A stretch of DNA of 35,287 nt, taken from NCBI GenBank assembly GCA_048881705.1, contig JBHLSH010000038.1, positions 1-35,287 of the forward strand, in the 5' to 3' direction. The translations under genes were made by a program, and so were the position numbers. A model generated the notes under the pieces. The model searched no databases. It was not told the DNA's origin and saw only the letters and a program-made list of their open reading frames with translations. This DNA comes from Candidatus Heimdallarchaeota archaeon (GTDB lineage: Archaea; Asgardarchaeota; Heimdallarchaeia; Hodarchaeales; Hodarchaeaceae). The stretch's first letter is position 1; each line of letters begins with the position of its first letter. Positions 16,884-26,933 of the stretch are shown piece after piece.

Positions 16884-19800
16884 ATGGGTCAAAAATCCAT
16901 CACGTTCCTTTTCATTTTGCTTGTCACATTTTCTCTTTTCAATCCACTGAAATTCCAATCTGATAACAAGGTTTTCGTTGAGGATAATTTTAACACGAGA
17001 CCCTTACGTAATCTCGAAGAAAGATTTACTAAGCAGATAGGAGAAGTGCGAGGCGCTCCAAAATCATCTAAGATTTTCGATAACCTTAATACCGAGCCTA
17101 CTGATTCAGTAGAGGCTAATAGAGGGCTGCTTTCACGAAGTATAGGGAGGCAATCGGGATTTGGAAATGGTTCCTACTCGGTGTTAGATTCGTACACGAA
17201 GGTCAATATAAGCGGGCTAAACACCAAGAACTCAATAAAGGATGGCAATCCAAGTCAACATAACACAACCCTTTTGATAGATCCCCTGGCCGATTTTTCG
17301 CAAGATACAGTTTTCTTTCAGATCCAGGAAGTTGTAGCTCAAGAAGATTGGCGTACGATAGAGAATAACGTCTCAAATGCGGATTCGCTTAGTTCTACCT
17401 CCTTCGTTGAGGCTGGTCAGAAGTTTGATATCAAAGAAGATTATGCCAACGTTACTGAGGTCAGTATTTTTCTTAAGTACATTGATACTGTCGGTCTTGA
17501 TGGAAAAAATCCCCATGGTAACGTATCTATCCATGATGATAATTCTGGAGAGCCAGGTAAACAATTGGGTACAACAACGCTAGAAGAGGGATTTGGCTCA
17601 CTTGATATAGGGCCAGTAATTCCTGCGGCATGGATTAGCTACAGGTTCCCTGTTCCGATTAACTTAACCAGGGGATCGTATTGGTTGGTACTTAATGATA
17701 CGGGAATTCCAGTAGAAGGGTCTTGGGAATGGTACGCACACGAGGATACATCGTTTGGGGACGCAGGTGATATTGCCCTAAAAACAAGTCATGCAGATAC
17801 ATGGTCTCTCAACCCTTTTCCGTATGATAGTCATGATATTATTTCAGCGATTCGCATCCTTCCCACCGATGGAAATTGGAATAATTTAACTTATACAAGT
17901 CCATCAGACATAAAAATGAACTATACTACAACAGATGGAGGATATACACTCAGTTCATTCTCTTTTAAAGGCAATAACACCTTTTTCCATGAATTCAACA
18001 CGACAACATCAGTTTCGTTTATGCTTTTGAATACAATAAATTACACATATTCTGGGAATCCCATTAGTGGAATCTCCACGTACCGAGCTGAAAATGATTC
18101 ATTGGTGTTATGGAATATAACATTCTCCACGGCTCAAATCAGTACTTCTGATGCGATCAAAAACCACACCATAACAATCAAAGGTATCCCTGCAGATTGG
18201 AATGGTTCAAGAATATACTGGAATAATTCTGGCATTCCTGAATATCCTAATCTAATCAATGATTTCAACGTGACCTGGGATGGAGATCCAGCCCATAAGT
18301 ACACCTACGGCAATACGACAATGGTTGTTAATGCGAGCAGTTTATCTGATAACGTCACCTGGCATGTTTGGTTCGAGGCTCCTAATTATCTTCTCAATTT
18401 CACTCTAGGCCGTGGTACTACTCCGTTTACCATCCCTTATGAAGCTAATATTACTGATCTCTTGAACTTGACCTTCTATACTAAATTTACGGGCAATCTA
18501 ACCTATTGGATCGATTTTCCTTATGGATCAACCCTTACACATGTGGACATTAATGGTATAGACACAGAATTCTGGGAGGAATGGGATATCAACAAAACAG
18601 TAGATCAAACCATTGATGTAAACGGAACCTATCGTCTCCAGGCATTTTGGAATAACGACGATCTAACCAAGGTCGGTACATTTATTCGACTCTTAGACCT
18701 TTTTGTGAATACATCATTATCGCCGCTGGACGAAACTGAAATTTTAATAGGTCAGAATTTGAATTTGACTGTTAATTATAAATCCAACCACAACAATACC
18801 GACATCAAAGGAGCTTTAATTTGGGCTAATGCAAGCTGGCCCACAGGTGCCAGGCAAAACACGACTATGACCCAGCTCGGGGATGGATCCTATAATGCAT
18901 CTTTTATCACCACAGGACAACCTGCTGGTAATACGGGAACAGTAACAGTAACCACTCAAGTAGGGTGGTTCGTAAACTGGACCCGCACTTTTTTTGTAAA
19001 ATTCGTTGAAAATTCTTCTCTCTTCGTCGATAAGGCAAATCTTGTATTGGAATGGCGAGAAAATATTACACTTCGTATAGATTATCTTAATTCAACAGAC
19101 GGGGTCATTTTCGATGGAATTGTGAAAATTGACGGAAATAACGTTTTATATGATACTGGGGCCTTCTTTTATAGGTTAAATACAACCGATTTTGGGGGAA
19201 TTGTATCCTATATGGATATCCCGATTGTTGCAACTCATTCCCATTACCTATCTCGTCAAATTAACATATCCTTGACCATTACCTCAGGTGAGACTAGTAT
19301 TGAAGCGAACTATAAAGGTCAACCACATCTCAATAATACGATGATACCAGAAGATATCATTTTCGCCATGAGCGCGCAGGATACCGTCATGATTAATTTT
19401 CGTTATCATTCGACCTTTCCTATTGACCTAACCCTAAATACCACTCCTGCAGTTGATTATTCTCCAATAGCAGTTATTTCTGTTAAATCGGAAATTAACC
19501 GAACATGGACGATTAATATCAATCCCGATAAAATAGGGCTTTACTCAATTAACGCCTCCTTTTCGCTAGCGAATTATAACTATAGCCTATTTAACTTTAA
19601 GATTAACGTTGTCAAGGCACCAACTGAAGTGATTAGTAGTATCACTTTTCCTAGAACAGTCTACTTTACTGAGAACGTGGTTTTTTATTTAAATTTTCAG
19701 AGTTCAACTTACAAGGAACTAATTCCACTTGTAACGCCTTTGATTAATGATCAGTCCAAGATAACGTTCCTCGACAATGATACCGAAAAATACTGGTTCA

Positions 19801-21500
19801 GATTCAATACCAGTCACCTGTCAATGGGTTTGCACTCCGTTCAGATTTCTTTTTCAAGCGCGGACTATGAATCCAGCGAGATTGAGGTAGTATTCCAAGT
19901 TGTGGAGATGCCCACCTTACGTTTGCCTTCCGATCTGATCCATTTACCTGATAATGAGATGGTTCTTATAGAAGACTTGTTTGCCATATCTATAGACAAT
20001 TTCTTGACGTATCAAGGTGAAAACATCAGTCATCTAGATGAATTCAATCTATGGTTGAATGGGACTCCTGTTCCAGAGAAAGATTTTCAGGAGGCACACT
20101 TGGCTCAAGCACCTTTTTCGTTAGTTTTTTCAACCGTTGGCTGGCAATATGGGTCCTATAATCTTACTCTTCAGCTTTTTACCTCGGGGTTCCAGCCCCA
20201 GTACTTTACCTCCAATATTACCTTACAGGGCCGACCCATTGAGATGGATGTTGTGATCTTACCAGGTACCACCATCTCACAGGGAGAAAATCTCACATTT
20301 ATTATCGAACTAGCTTATAAATTGACTACGCAAGGAGGCGGATCAGGTGTGCAGCTTTATTCGCTTGAAGGAATAGATGTATCGTTCTACATCATGATTG
20401 AAAACGAAAACGGATCCCAGCTTGTTTTCGAATATTATACTCAGACTAATAGTCTAGGTGAAGCTTCCTATGTGATTCCGGGTTCACGGACATTGGCCGC
20501 CTTGCGTTTCTCAAATATCACCATTCAGACTGGAATAGGGTTATCTAGTTTGCCATATTCCTATATTATGCCTATTGAAAAGCTCGAGTCGTATAATTTT
20601 CTTCCGCCGCAAGTTGACATTATGGGAGTCATTGTTTTTGTTTTAATCATCGTCGTCGTAGTGCTAATATGCGCATTTGCGGCTGGAGGGGCTGCCCGTA
20701 CTGTTCATCGTAGACGTGAAAAGCGGGCTCAAGTGGTTCAGAGTCATGAGGTTGCGATTGAACGGAGTTTTGAAGATATTAAATCAATCAAGGCGATCGT
20801 CGGACGTGTCGAGTCAGGTTTGCCATTTTATTACGAAAATACGACCGCGGATATCCGTACAGATCCACACGCCTTATCGGGTATGTCAGCGGCGATTTCC
20901 TCATTTATGCAGGAAATTTCTGGGGGATTGAGTTCCCGTTTTGAAGACGGGGAGATGGCGGAACAGATCGAGATTATGAGTCGCCACGGACTGCACCTGC
21001 TCATGTGGAACGGGAGGTTTATCACAATGATGGTTATTTCCGATATTGAACTTCCCGATTATTTCAGAGGTAAGTTGGCAGGATTAGGCAACGAACTGGA
21101 ATTTATGTTTAAAGAAGAATTAAAGGAATTCTATAATACGGAACAGATTCCATCATCAACCGTGAGGAAAATCGTTCACAAGTACATTCCCTTACATTAC
21201 TTTTCTGCATTCATTCTCAATGAAGGAATTATTACTCTTAAAGGCATTAAATTTTCCAAACAGGATAAGAAGATGATTTCCTTGGTAAAGGAGATACTCT
21301 TTGAGAAAAACGGGATGCAATTCTTGTTTTCTGAACAGATCATTTCTCATCTTTCAAGGTATTTCAAGAGAAGTAAAGCTATCAGTTTTTTAGACAAGGC
21401 TATTGAGCAGAATCTATTGATCGAATTTGATCCTGAAGATATATTACGTTCTAAAGAAGGGCAATCTGAAGAGCCCATCCCACTAGGCCAGAATATCTAG
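16884..21500 (+). CDS. Large single-pass surface glycoprotein with cytoplasmic longin/roadblock-like domain
   Basis: Signal peptide from ATG 16884; about 1200 aa beta-rich ectodomain with dozens of N-x-S/T sequons; TM at ~20619-20696 followed by RRREKR; then ESGLPFY...LSGMSAAISSFMQEI...FRGKL...ELEFMF. Confidence 0.85.
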   Translation: MGQKSITFLFILLVTFSLFNPLKFQSDNKVFVEDNFNTRPLRNLEERFTKQIGEVRGAPKSSKIFDNLNTEPTDSVEANRGLLSRSIGRQSGFGNGSYSVLDSYTKVNISGLNTKNSIKDGNPSQHNTTLLIDPLADFSQDTVFFQIQEVVAQEDWRTIENNVSNADSLSSTSFVEAGQKFDIKEDYANVTEVSIFLKYIDTVGLDGKNPHGNVSIHDDNSGEPGKQLGTTTLEEGFGSLDIGPVIPAAWISYRFPVPINLTRGSYWLVLNDTGIPVEGSWEWYAHEDTSFGDAGDIALKTSHADTWSLNPFPYDSHDIISAIRILPTDGNWNNLTYTSPSDIKMNYTTTDGGYTLSSFSFKGNNTFFHEFNTTTSVSFMLLNTINYTYSGNPISGISTYRAENDSLVLWNITFSTAQISTSDAIKNHTITIKGIPADWNGSRIYWNNSGIPEYPNLINDFNVTWDGDPAHKYTYGNTTMVVNASSLSDNVTWHVWFEAPNYLLNFTLGRGTTPFTIPYEANITDLLNLTFYTKFTGNLTYWIDFPYGSTLTHVDINGIDTEFWEEWDINKTVDQTIDVNGTYRLQAFWNNDDLTKVGTFIRLLDLFVNTSLSPLDETEILIGQNLNLTVNYKSNHNNTDIKGALIWANASWPTGARQNTTMTQLGDGSYNASFITTGQPAGNTGTVTVTTQVGWFVNWTRTFFVKFVENSSLFVDKANLVLEWRENITLRIDYLNSTDGVIFDGIVKIDGNNVLYDTGAFFYRLNTTDFGGIVSYMDIPIVATHSHYLSRQINISLTITSGETSIEANYKGQPHLNNTMIPEDIIFAMSAQDTVMINFRYHSTFPIDLTLNTTPAVDYSPIAVISVKSEINRTWTININPDKIGLYSINASFSLANYNYSLFNFKINVVKAPTEVISSITFPRTVYFTENVVFYLNFQSSTYKELIPLVTPLINDQSKITFLDNDTEKYWFRFNTSHLSMGLHSVQISFSSADYESSEIEVVFQVVEMPTLRLPSDLIHLPDNEMVLIEDLFAISIDNFLTYQGENISHLDEFNLWLNGTPVPEKDFQEAHLAQAPFSLVFSTVGWQYGSYNLTLQLFTSGFQPQYFTSNITLQGRPIEMDVVILPGTTISQGENLTFIIELAYKLTTQGGGSGVQLYSLEGIDVSFYIMIENENGSQLVFEYYTQTNSLGEASYVIPGSRTLAALRFSNITIQTGIGLSSLPYSYIMPIEKLESYNFLPPQVDIMGVIVFVLIIVVVVLICAFAAGGAARTVHRRREKRAQVVQSHEVAIERSFEDIKSIKAIVGRVESGLPFYYENTTADIRTDPHALSGMSAAISSFMQEISGGLSSRFEDGEMAEQIEIMSRHGLHLLMWNGRFITMMVISDIELPDYFRGKLAGLGNELEFMFKEELKEFYNTEQIPSSTVRKIVHKYIPLHYFSAFILNEGIITLKGIKFSKQDKKMISLVKEILFEKNGMQFLFSEQIISHLSRYFKRSKAISFLDKAIEQNLLIEFDPEDILRSKEGQSEEPIPLGQNI

Positions 21501-21774
21501 TCGTAAAACCATCCTTAAACAAAAATGGATCTTTCTTTTGGCAGAGGGTAACAACGGGAATTGTAAGTTAGATTTTGCTGAAAATTTGGACCGAATTTTA
21601 TTATTGTTGACCGCAACGAGCTTTAATTTGCCGATGTTAATAATTGGTCTGGTGTTAATGGTCAACCGCCATTTATAGGGAGAAAAGTTCCGAAGTAGTA
21701 AGGATTAAGTCATATTATACTACATACTCCAATACTCTCCACAGATCTTTTTGATTGCGTTAGAAGGCGTTAAA

Positions 21775-22932
21775 ATGCCAACATGTCCAAATTGTACGTC
21801 ATTGGTTGAAGAAGGAACCATTTTTTGTTTCAATTGCGGGTTTAATCTGCTTGCTGACTCTTATGTTCATAAAACGAAAAAAATTGCCTCCAAAAGTCTA
21901 GATCTGTCTGCTGATGTTATAACTCAATACCACGATTTGGAACTCAAGTTAAAAGAACTTACAGATATAGAAGTTAGGCTGCAGGATCAACGATCATATC
22001 GAAGAGACCTGGAGGAGTTAAGTCAGAACGCAAATGATCGTCTCTCTCAATTAAGTGCCCAAAGGTATAAAGAGTTCCAAGATGTTAAAAAACTGAAAGA
22101 AATGAGTGTAACATCTGTAGTCGCCCGGCTTAAAGGCGACCGAGAGGAACAACTTCAGAAAGAAGAACTCGAATATTTTACGATCTTAAATAAGGAAGAA
22201 GCAGCACAAGTAGAAGTTAATCGTCTAAATACACTTATCAAGGATACTGATTATAACATTACGGAACTAGAAAAACTACTGTCGCTAAAAAGAACCCTCC
22301 AGAAAGACCTTGAGGGATTAATACATGAAGTGTGTGCCGGGGTCACGGATCCGATTGAGGACGGGATAGAAGCAGATCTGAAGGTATTGGTCACAAAGAC
22401 GAATCCGATTTCACTCCGAAGGAGTGCTTATGCTCGAGCGAGAGCACACATGCAAAATGCTGAGCGTAACCTAGGGGAAGCTCTAGACTTGTTAGGAAGC
22501 GCTTCTAGTCTTTCAACGTGGGATACTTTCTTTGGAGGAGGAATATTTGTGGATTCAATGAAGCATTCACGTATGGCTACAGCTAGAAATCTAGTTCAAA
22601 GTGCTCATAATGATATCCAACTTGCCAACAAAGAGGCTCCTGAGATCAGAGCATCATCTCAAGCGTTCGTGGAGGATATCAGTTTTTTCTGGGACGGTTT
22701 CATGGATAATATCTTTTCTGATTTAAGTTCAAGAGGGAAAATACACCGATCGATTTCCTCCGTCCGTGATGCCCTTGAAGATTCACACAATGTTATCCAA
22801 TGGATTGATGGGCAGCTAAATCAACTTGATAACGAGTATAAGGCCCTAGAAGAGCAGATCAAAGATGCGCGGACCCGATTGTTGCGAGAAAGGAAGCGGA
22901 TGATCGAGGATGCCATCTTAAATGTAAAATAG
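21775..22932 (+). CDS. Zinc-ribbon + coiled-coil conserved hypothetical protein
   Basis: ATG 21775; CPNC...CFNCG; long heptad helices; WDTFFGGG and DNIFSD motifs. Confidence 0.8.
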   Translation: MPTCPNCTSLVEEGTIFCFNCGFNLLADSYVHKTKKIASKSLDLSADVITQYHDLELKLKELTDIEVRLQDQRSYRRDLEELSQNANDRLSQLSAQRYKEFQDVKKLKEMSVTSVVARLKGDREEQLQKEELEYFTILNKEEAAQVEVNRLNTLIKDTDYNITELEKLLSLKRTLQKDLEGLIHEVCAGVTDPIEDGIEADLKVLVTKTNPISLRRSAYARARAHMQNAERNLGEALDLLGSASSLSTWDTFFGGGIFVDSMKHSRMATARNLVQSAHNDIQLANKEAPEIRASSQAFVEDISFFWDGFMDNIFSDLSSRGKIHRSISSVRDALEDSHNVIQWIDGQLNQLDNEYKALEEQIKDARTRLLRERKRMIEDAILNVK

Positions 22933-22944
22933 GGATGTGGGGAC

Positions 22945-23721
22945 ATGAATATTGTTTGTACAGGAAATACAAGGGGGATAGGGCTTGCGCTGACCCATGA
23001 ATTCCTCAATCATGGAGACAATGTCATCATTTCCTCAAGGGATGGCGGAAGGGTTTCCCAGGTAGTTGATGAACTAGGGCGAAGTTACCTTGATTCTCGT
23101 ATCGAGGGAAAGGCATGCGATGTAAGAAATTCAGAGCAGGTTGAAAAATTGGGAGAATTTGCCAAGGAAACGCTAAAATCAATAGATATCTGGATAAATA
23201 ACGCTGGCATCCGGGGTCCACTTAATCCAATGCAGGAAACTCCTGTTGAACAATATTATGACGTCATTAACACGAACCTTATCGGGGTTCTTAATGGGTG
23301 TAAAACTGCCCTGAAAATAATGCTTAATCAGCCTAATGGTGGAAATATATTTAATATGGCTGGCATGGGATCTTTCGGTAGGGCAACGCCCCGAATGGCG
23401 GCTTATGGAGCATCTAAAGCTGGGATTCCTGTACTAACTAAAAGTTTAGTTGAGGAAAACAGGAAAACACCTGTTGGCATCCACGTATTGTCCCCTGGGA
23501 TGGTTATCAGCGATTTTGCTGGCAAAAATGTGACACCAGAGGCCGCTCGAATTTATAATATCCTAGGTGACCTACCTGAAACTGTTGCGAAGGTTCTTGT
23601 TCCCCAAATTCGGATTATACAAGGAACAGGTAAAACAATACGATATCTAACACGAAGAAGGGCCATGATACGTTTCTTAACGGCAAGAAGAAGAAAAAAT
23701 CGTTTTTATGAAACTGATTGA
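22945..23721 (+). CDS. Classical SDR oxidoreductase
   Basis: TGNTRGIG; WINNAG; YGASK; SPGMV. Confidence 0.93.
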   Translation: MNIVCTGNTRGIGLALTHEFLNHGDNVIISSRDGGRVSQVVDELGRSYLDSRIEGKACDVRNSEQVEKLGEFAKETLKSIDIWINNAGIRGPLNPMQETPVEQYYDVINTNLIGVLNGCKTALKIMLNQPNGGNIFNMAGMGSFGRATPRMAAYGASKAGIPVLTKSLVEENRKTPVGIHVLSPGMVISDFAGKNVTPEAARIYNILGDLPETVAKVLVPQIRIIQGTGKTIRYLTRRRAMIRFLTARRRKNRFYETD

Positions 23722-23792
23722 CATCAATGGGCTGGTACAAATCTCCATAATTCCACTCTAATCCGGAAAGCCGTCTCATCCCCTTTTTAAGG

Positions 23793-25208
23793 CTAAGGTT
23801 TGATCGAATAAACAAAATCGATTAACTCTCTCATCGACGCCACACTAAAAACCTCCGCGCCCGCGTTTTCAAAGTGTCGAACAACAGAATCTCCTGAATT
23901 CCACATTTCGGGAGGTTCGGGATTAAGAATAAGACAGCGTTTAGCTAAGATTGCCATTTTTCTTATTAGATCCGCACTGACTGGATTTCCCTGTGTCCAC
24001 ATACCCTCAAAATCACGACAATCCCCAAAAATCAAAACTGTTGTTCTGCGGTTAATTGGGTGATATCCAATTAGCTGAGAAAAATCCTCGAAAGAAGTTT
24101 GGTAGTCAGAATGAATTCTGCGTGGACGAAGTGTGTGTTCCCAGGCCAATTCTCTTTCTTCCAATGCCTGATCGATCGTAGGCTGATTTAATGCATCTGT
24201 AACTTCTACGCAACAATTATCAAACTCGAATACTCGGATCCTCTTGAAAACAGACCTGGCTGCATAGGTAATGACAAAGAACCAATCTGCGATCCAACGG
24301 GTAGAGCGAGAAACATCGTTGAGTATGAAAATTTCCGGGTCCTGGATACGTTTCTTCTTTTGAATAAGATTAAGTGGAATTCCATTAGTGGCTAGATTCT
24401 TTCGCATAGTTCTTCGGAAATCTAGTTTCCCTCGCTTCGCCCGTTCACGTCTACGCCTTTCTCTGCTAGCCAAAATACGTCCAATTACAATAAGCTGGTG
24501 TTTGACATTTGTTATCGTAAGAGAAAGCGTCGTTAAATCCTGGTCCAGAAAGGCTTCAACGGGCATCATAATTTCAGGGAGCTCAATTGGTTTCTGCGGT
24601 ACAAAACCTCCGTTTTCCTTTTCTTGTGCCATTTCACGTTCAAGGTTTTGTTGAAATTGCTGAAGAGTTCCTGCAAAACGAAGAGTTGTAGCAGGAAGAG
24701 CCTGTCTTTGGATTGGGGTTAATCCACGTATGGGAAGGCGTAAACCGAATGCGAGCTGGAAAGCACGCCCAAGAGTTCCCTGCAATCTTTCCAGCTCTTT
24801 TCGAAGATCGCTGGAACTGCCCACGCCATTAGATGCTATCATCGATATTGTGGTTTGGACAGCTTCGGATACCTTATTCTGTACGAGCATTTCACCAATT
24901 ATATAGTCAATCCTTTGAGGGCTGCTTTCAAGGCGGCTTAAAAATCGTCTGAACTCTGGCTTTAACCGTTTTTCTACCTTAGAATCCTTAACTTCAGATA
25001 ATAGGTACCTAGCGGGAGAAAAATACATATTGAAGCATTCGTTGAAAATGGAAAGATTCTCCTTTTGTTTTACCAAGGTAGCACGCAAACCCAAAAGGAG
25101 ATCATCCCTCGAGGCGACCCCTAGTAGCTGGTAAACTTTTTGAGCTGAAATGGTCTCGTCAGGAGAAATCGGCAGCCCAAAGTATCGTAACATGGAAACG
25201 AAGTCCAA
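23793..25208 (-). CDS. VWA domain protein, CoxE-like
   Basis: GKLDFRRTMRKN; DVSRS MIDAS-like motif; FEFDN; IFGDCRD; LNPEP...WNSGDS. Confidence 0.88.
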   Translation of the reverse strand: MDFVSMLRYFGLPISPDETISAQKVYQLLGVASRDDLLLGLRATLVKQKENLSIFNECFNMYFSPARYLLSEVKDSKVEKRLKPEFRRFLSRLESSPQRIDYIIGEMLVQNKVSEAVQTTISMIASNGVGSSSDLRKELERLQGTLGRAFQLAFGLRLPIRGLTPIQRQALPATTLRFAGTLQQFQQNLEREMAQEKENGGFVPQKPIELPEIMMPVEAFLDQDLTTLSLTITNVKHQLIVIGRILASRERRRRERAKRGKLDFRRTMRKNLATNGIPLNLIQKKKRIQDPEIFILNDVSRSTRWIADWFFVITYAARSVFKRIRVFEFDNCCVEVTDALNQPTIDQALEERELAWEHTLRPRRIHSDYQTSFEDFSQLIGYHPINRRTTVLIFGDCRDFEGMWTQGNPVSADLIRKMAILAKRCLILNPEPPEMWNSGDSVVRHFENAGAEVFSVASMRELIDFVYSIKP

Positions 25209-25222
25209 AATAACGGACAGCG

Positions 25223-26179
25223 TTACTTATCCTCCGTATTTCCGAGACGAATTATCTCAGTTATCTGAGTTTCCAGACGTAGGATATCCTCCTCGTACTT
25301 CAACAATACAGGAAGAGTTTCAACCAAAGTTTTCTTATCTATGTGCTCTTTCCCCAAAAATATCAGTGCTTTCGCCCAATCAATAGTTTCAGCAATAGAT
25401 GGCAATTTCCGTAAATCATAGGTCCTGATCTGTTGAACAATACCCGTAATACTGCCTAATAATGGCGTATCGAAATTTAATCCTGTATGAGTAGCTAGAA
25501 TTTGACGTTCTCGCTCAGGAGTAGGAAAATCAATATAGAGATATAGGCATCTTCGTCGTAAGGGTTCACTGAGGTCACGGAAGGAGTTACTCGTCAGGAT
25601 TACGATTTGATCGTCGGTTTGGGCAGAAAAGGTTCCTAGTTCAGGGATAGTAATCTGACGTTCCCCCAATGCTTCAAGCAGAAACGCCTCGAATTCTTCA
25701 TCAGACTTATCAATTTCGTCAATGAGAAGGATATTGGGCTCAGAATTAATGAATGACAAAAACAACGGACGCTCAATAAAGAACTCTTTTGAGAATATTT
25801 CATCCATATCCATGTGATTCCTGCCTCTATCTGATCGCAATCTTTCCAACTCAATGTGGAGAAGCTGTCGTTTATAATCGAATTCACCGATTACCGATTC
25901 AGCCTGAATCCCTTCAAAACACTGAATTCTGTACAAACGCCAATCTAAGGTCCGCGCTGCGGCAATAGCAATACTGGTTTTTCCTGTTCCTGCAGGACCT
26001 TCAATTAGCACAGGCCTATGTAACTCAAGCGCAAGTTTAAGCGTAAGGTCAATTTCTGGATTCGATACATAATCTGCCAAAGCTAGGTCTATGGCCATTG
26101 TTTTCAACTCCGTGTTGATTATATTGTCACAAAGACGATTCCAGAATTTTTGTCTGATCTGGGTGATTTTCCATATCAA
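25223..26179 (-). CDS. MoxR family AAA+ ATPase, CoxD-like
   Basis: EGPAGTGKT; IQCFEG; LLIDEIDKSDEEFEAFLLE; TSN; LRRRCLY; PSIAETIDWA. The start is uncertain (alternative ATG 26098). Confidence 0.93.
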   Translation of the reverse strand: MIWKITQIRQKFWNRLCDNIINTELKTMAIDLALADYVSNPEIDLTLKLALELHRPVLIEGPAGTGKTSIAIAAARTLDWRLYRIQCFEGIQAESVIGEFDYKRQLLHIELERLRSDRGRNHMDMDEIFSKEFFIERPLFLSFINSEPNILLIDEIDKSDEEFEAFLLEALGERQITIPELGTFSAQTDDQIVILTSNSFRDLSEPLRRRCLYLYIDFPTPERERQILATHTGLNFDTPLLGSITGIVQQIRTYDLRKLPSIAETIDWAKALIFLGKEHIDKKTLVETLPVLLKYEEDILRLETQITEIIRLGNTEDK

Positions 26180-26312
26180 TTAGCATCAATAACTACTATA
26201 TCCTTCCAGTTCTTGTGATCAACTTTTGTTTTTATGATTGTACTACTTGATATTCTTTTTCCAGTAGATTCAATCTCTCTTCATGGAGCTTTTCTTTCCC
26301 CCAAATTAAAAC

Positions 26313-26846
26313 CTAATCATCTAGTTTTGCATCAATCAAAACACCCGCTAGGAGGACCCGATTGGAACTTTTATTTATCCATGCGTGATTCGTCCCCCGT
26401 TGTATAACCACATTAAACGGCTTTAATTCTACCTCGGTTTCCTCAAGCAAGAGAGTAACCTCGCCCTCTAGCACGATAATGTAGTCAATTGTTTCCGTTT
26501 TGTGCATATAAGGATGTTTCGAAGTATCCGTACGGCAATGAAGAGCCTTTAATGTCGATAAGCCTTGTACAGCCAGATTCTCAAGCTGCTGGTTAGTCAA
26601 TTTAGGATCAAGTGGCGGAATTTCGAAAAAACGGAAGATCGTTCCACTTGGTGAAGGTTCGAGGGGAAGTAATTGTATGCCCGCCAGATCAATAGTTTTT
26701 GAATTATCTACGGGCGTTTCCCTAGTAACCCAGAATTGGTGTATAGTTCCATAATGAAAAGGGGAGTCATCTATGATAATCGTGGATTTTCTTTCCTTGT
26801 TGTCCCCCGTTACGATTCTCCGAATTGCCTTGATCATATTCATCAC
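26313..26846 (-). CDS. Cupin domain protein
   Basis: RRIVTG; MHKTETIDYIIVLEGEV; VIQRGTNHAWIN. Confidence 0.9.
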   Translation of the reverse strand: MMNMIKAIRRIVTGDNKERKSTIIIDDSPFHYGTIHQFWVTRETPVDNSKTIDLAGIQLLPLEPSPSGTIFRFFEIPPLDPKLTNQQLENLAVQGLSTLKALHCRTDTSKHPYMHKTETIDYIIVLEGEVTLLLEETEVELKPFNVVIQRGTNHAWINKSSNRVLLAGVLIDAKLDD

Positions 26847-26933
26847 CGGATTTCTTCCTACTCAAACTTGAGACAATCTACAAAGTTTTTTTCCTTGATC
26901 TCCTAACAGGATTTTGGGATGATGAATAAGTCA

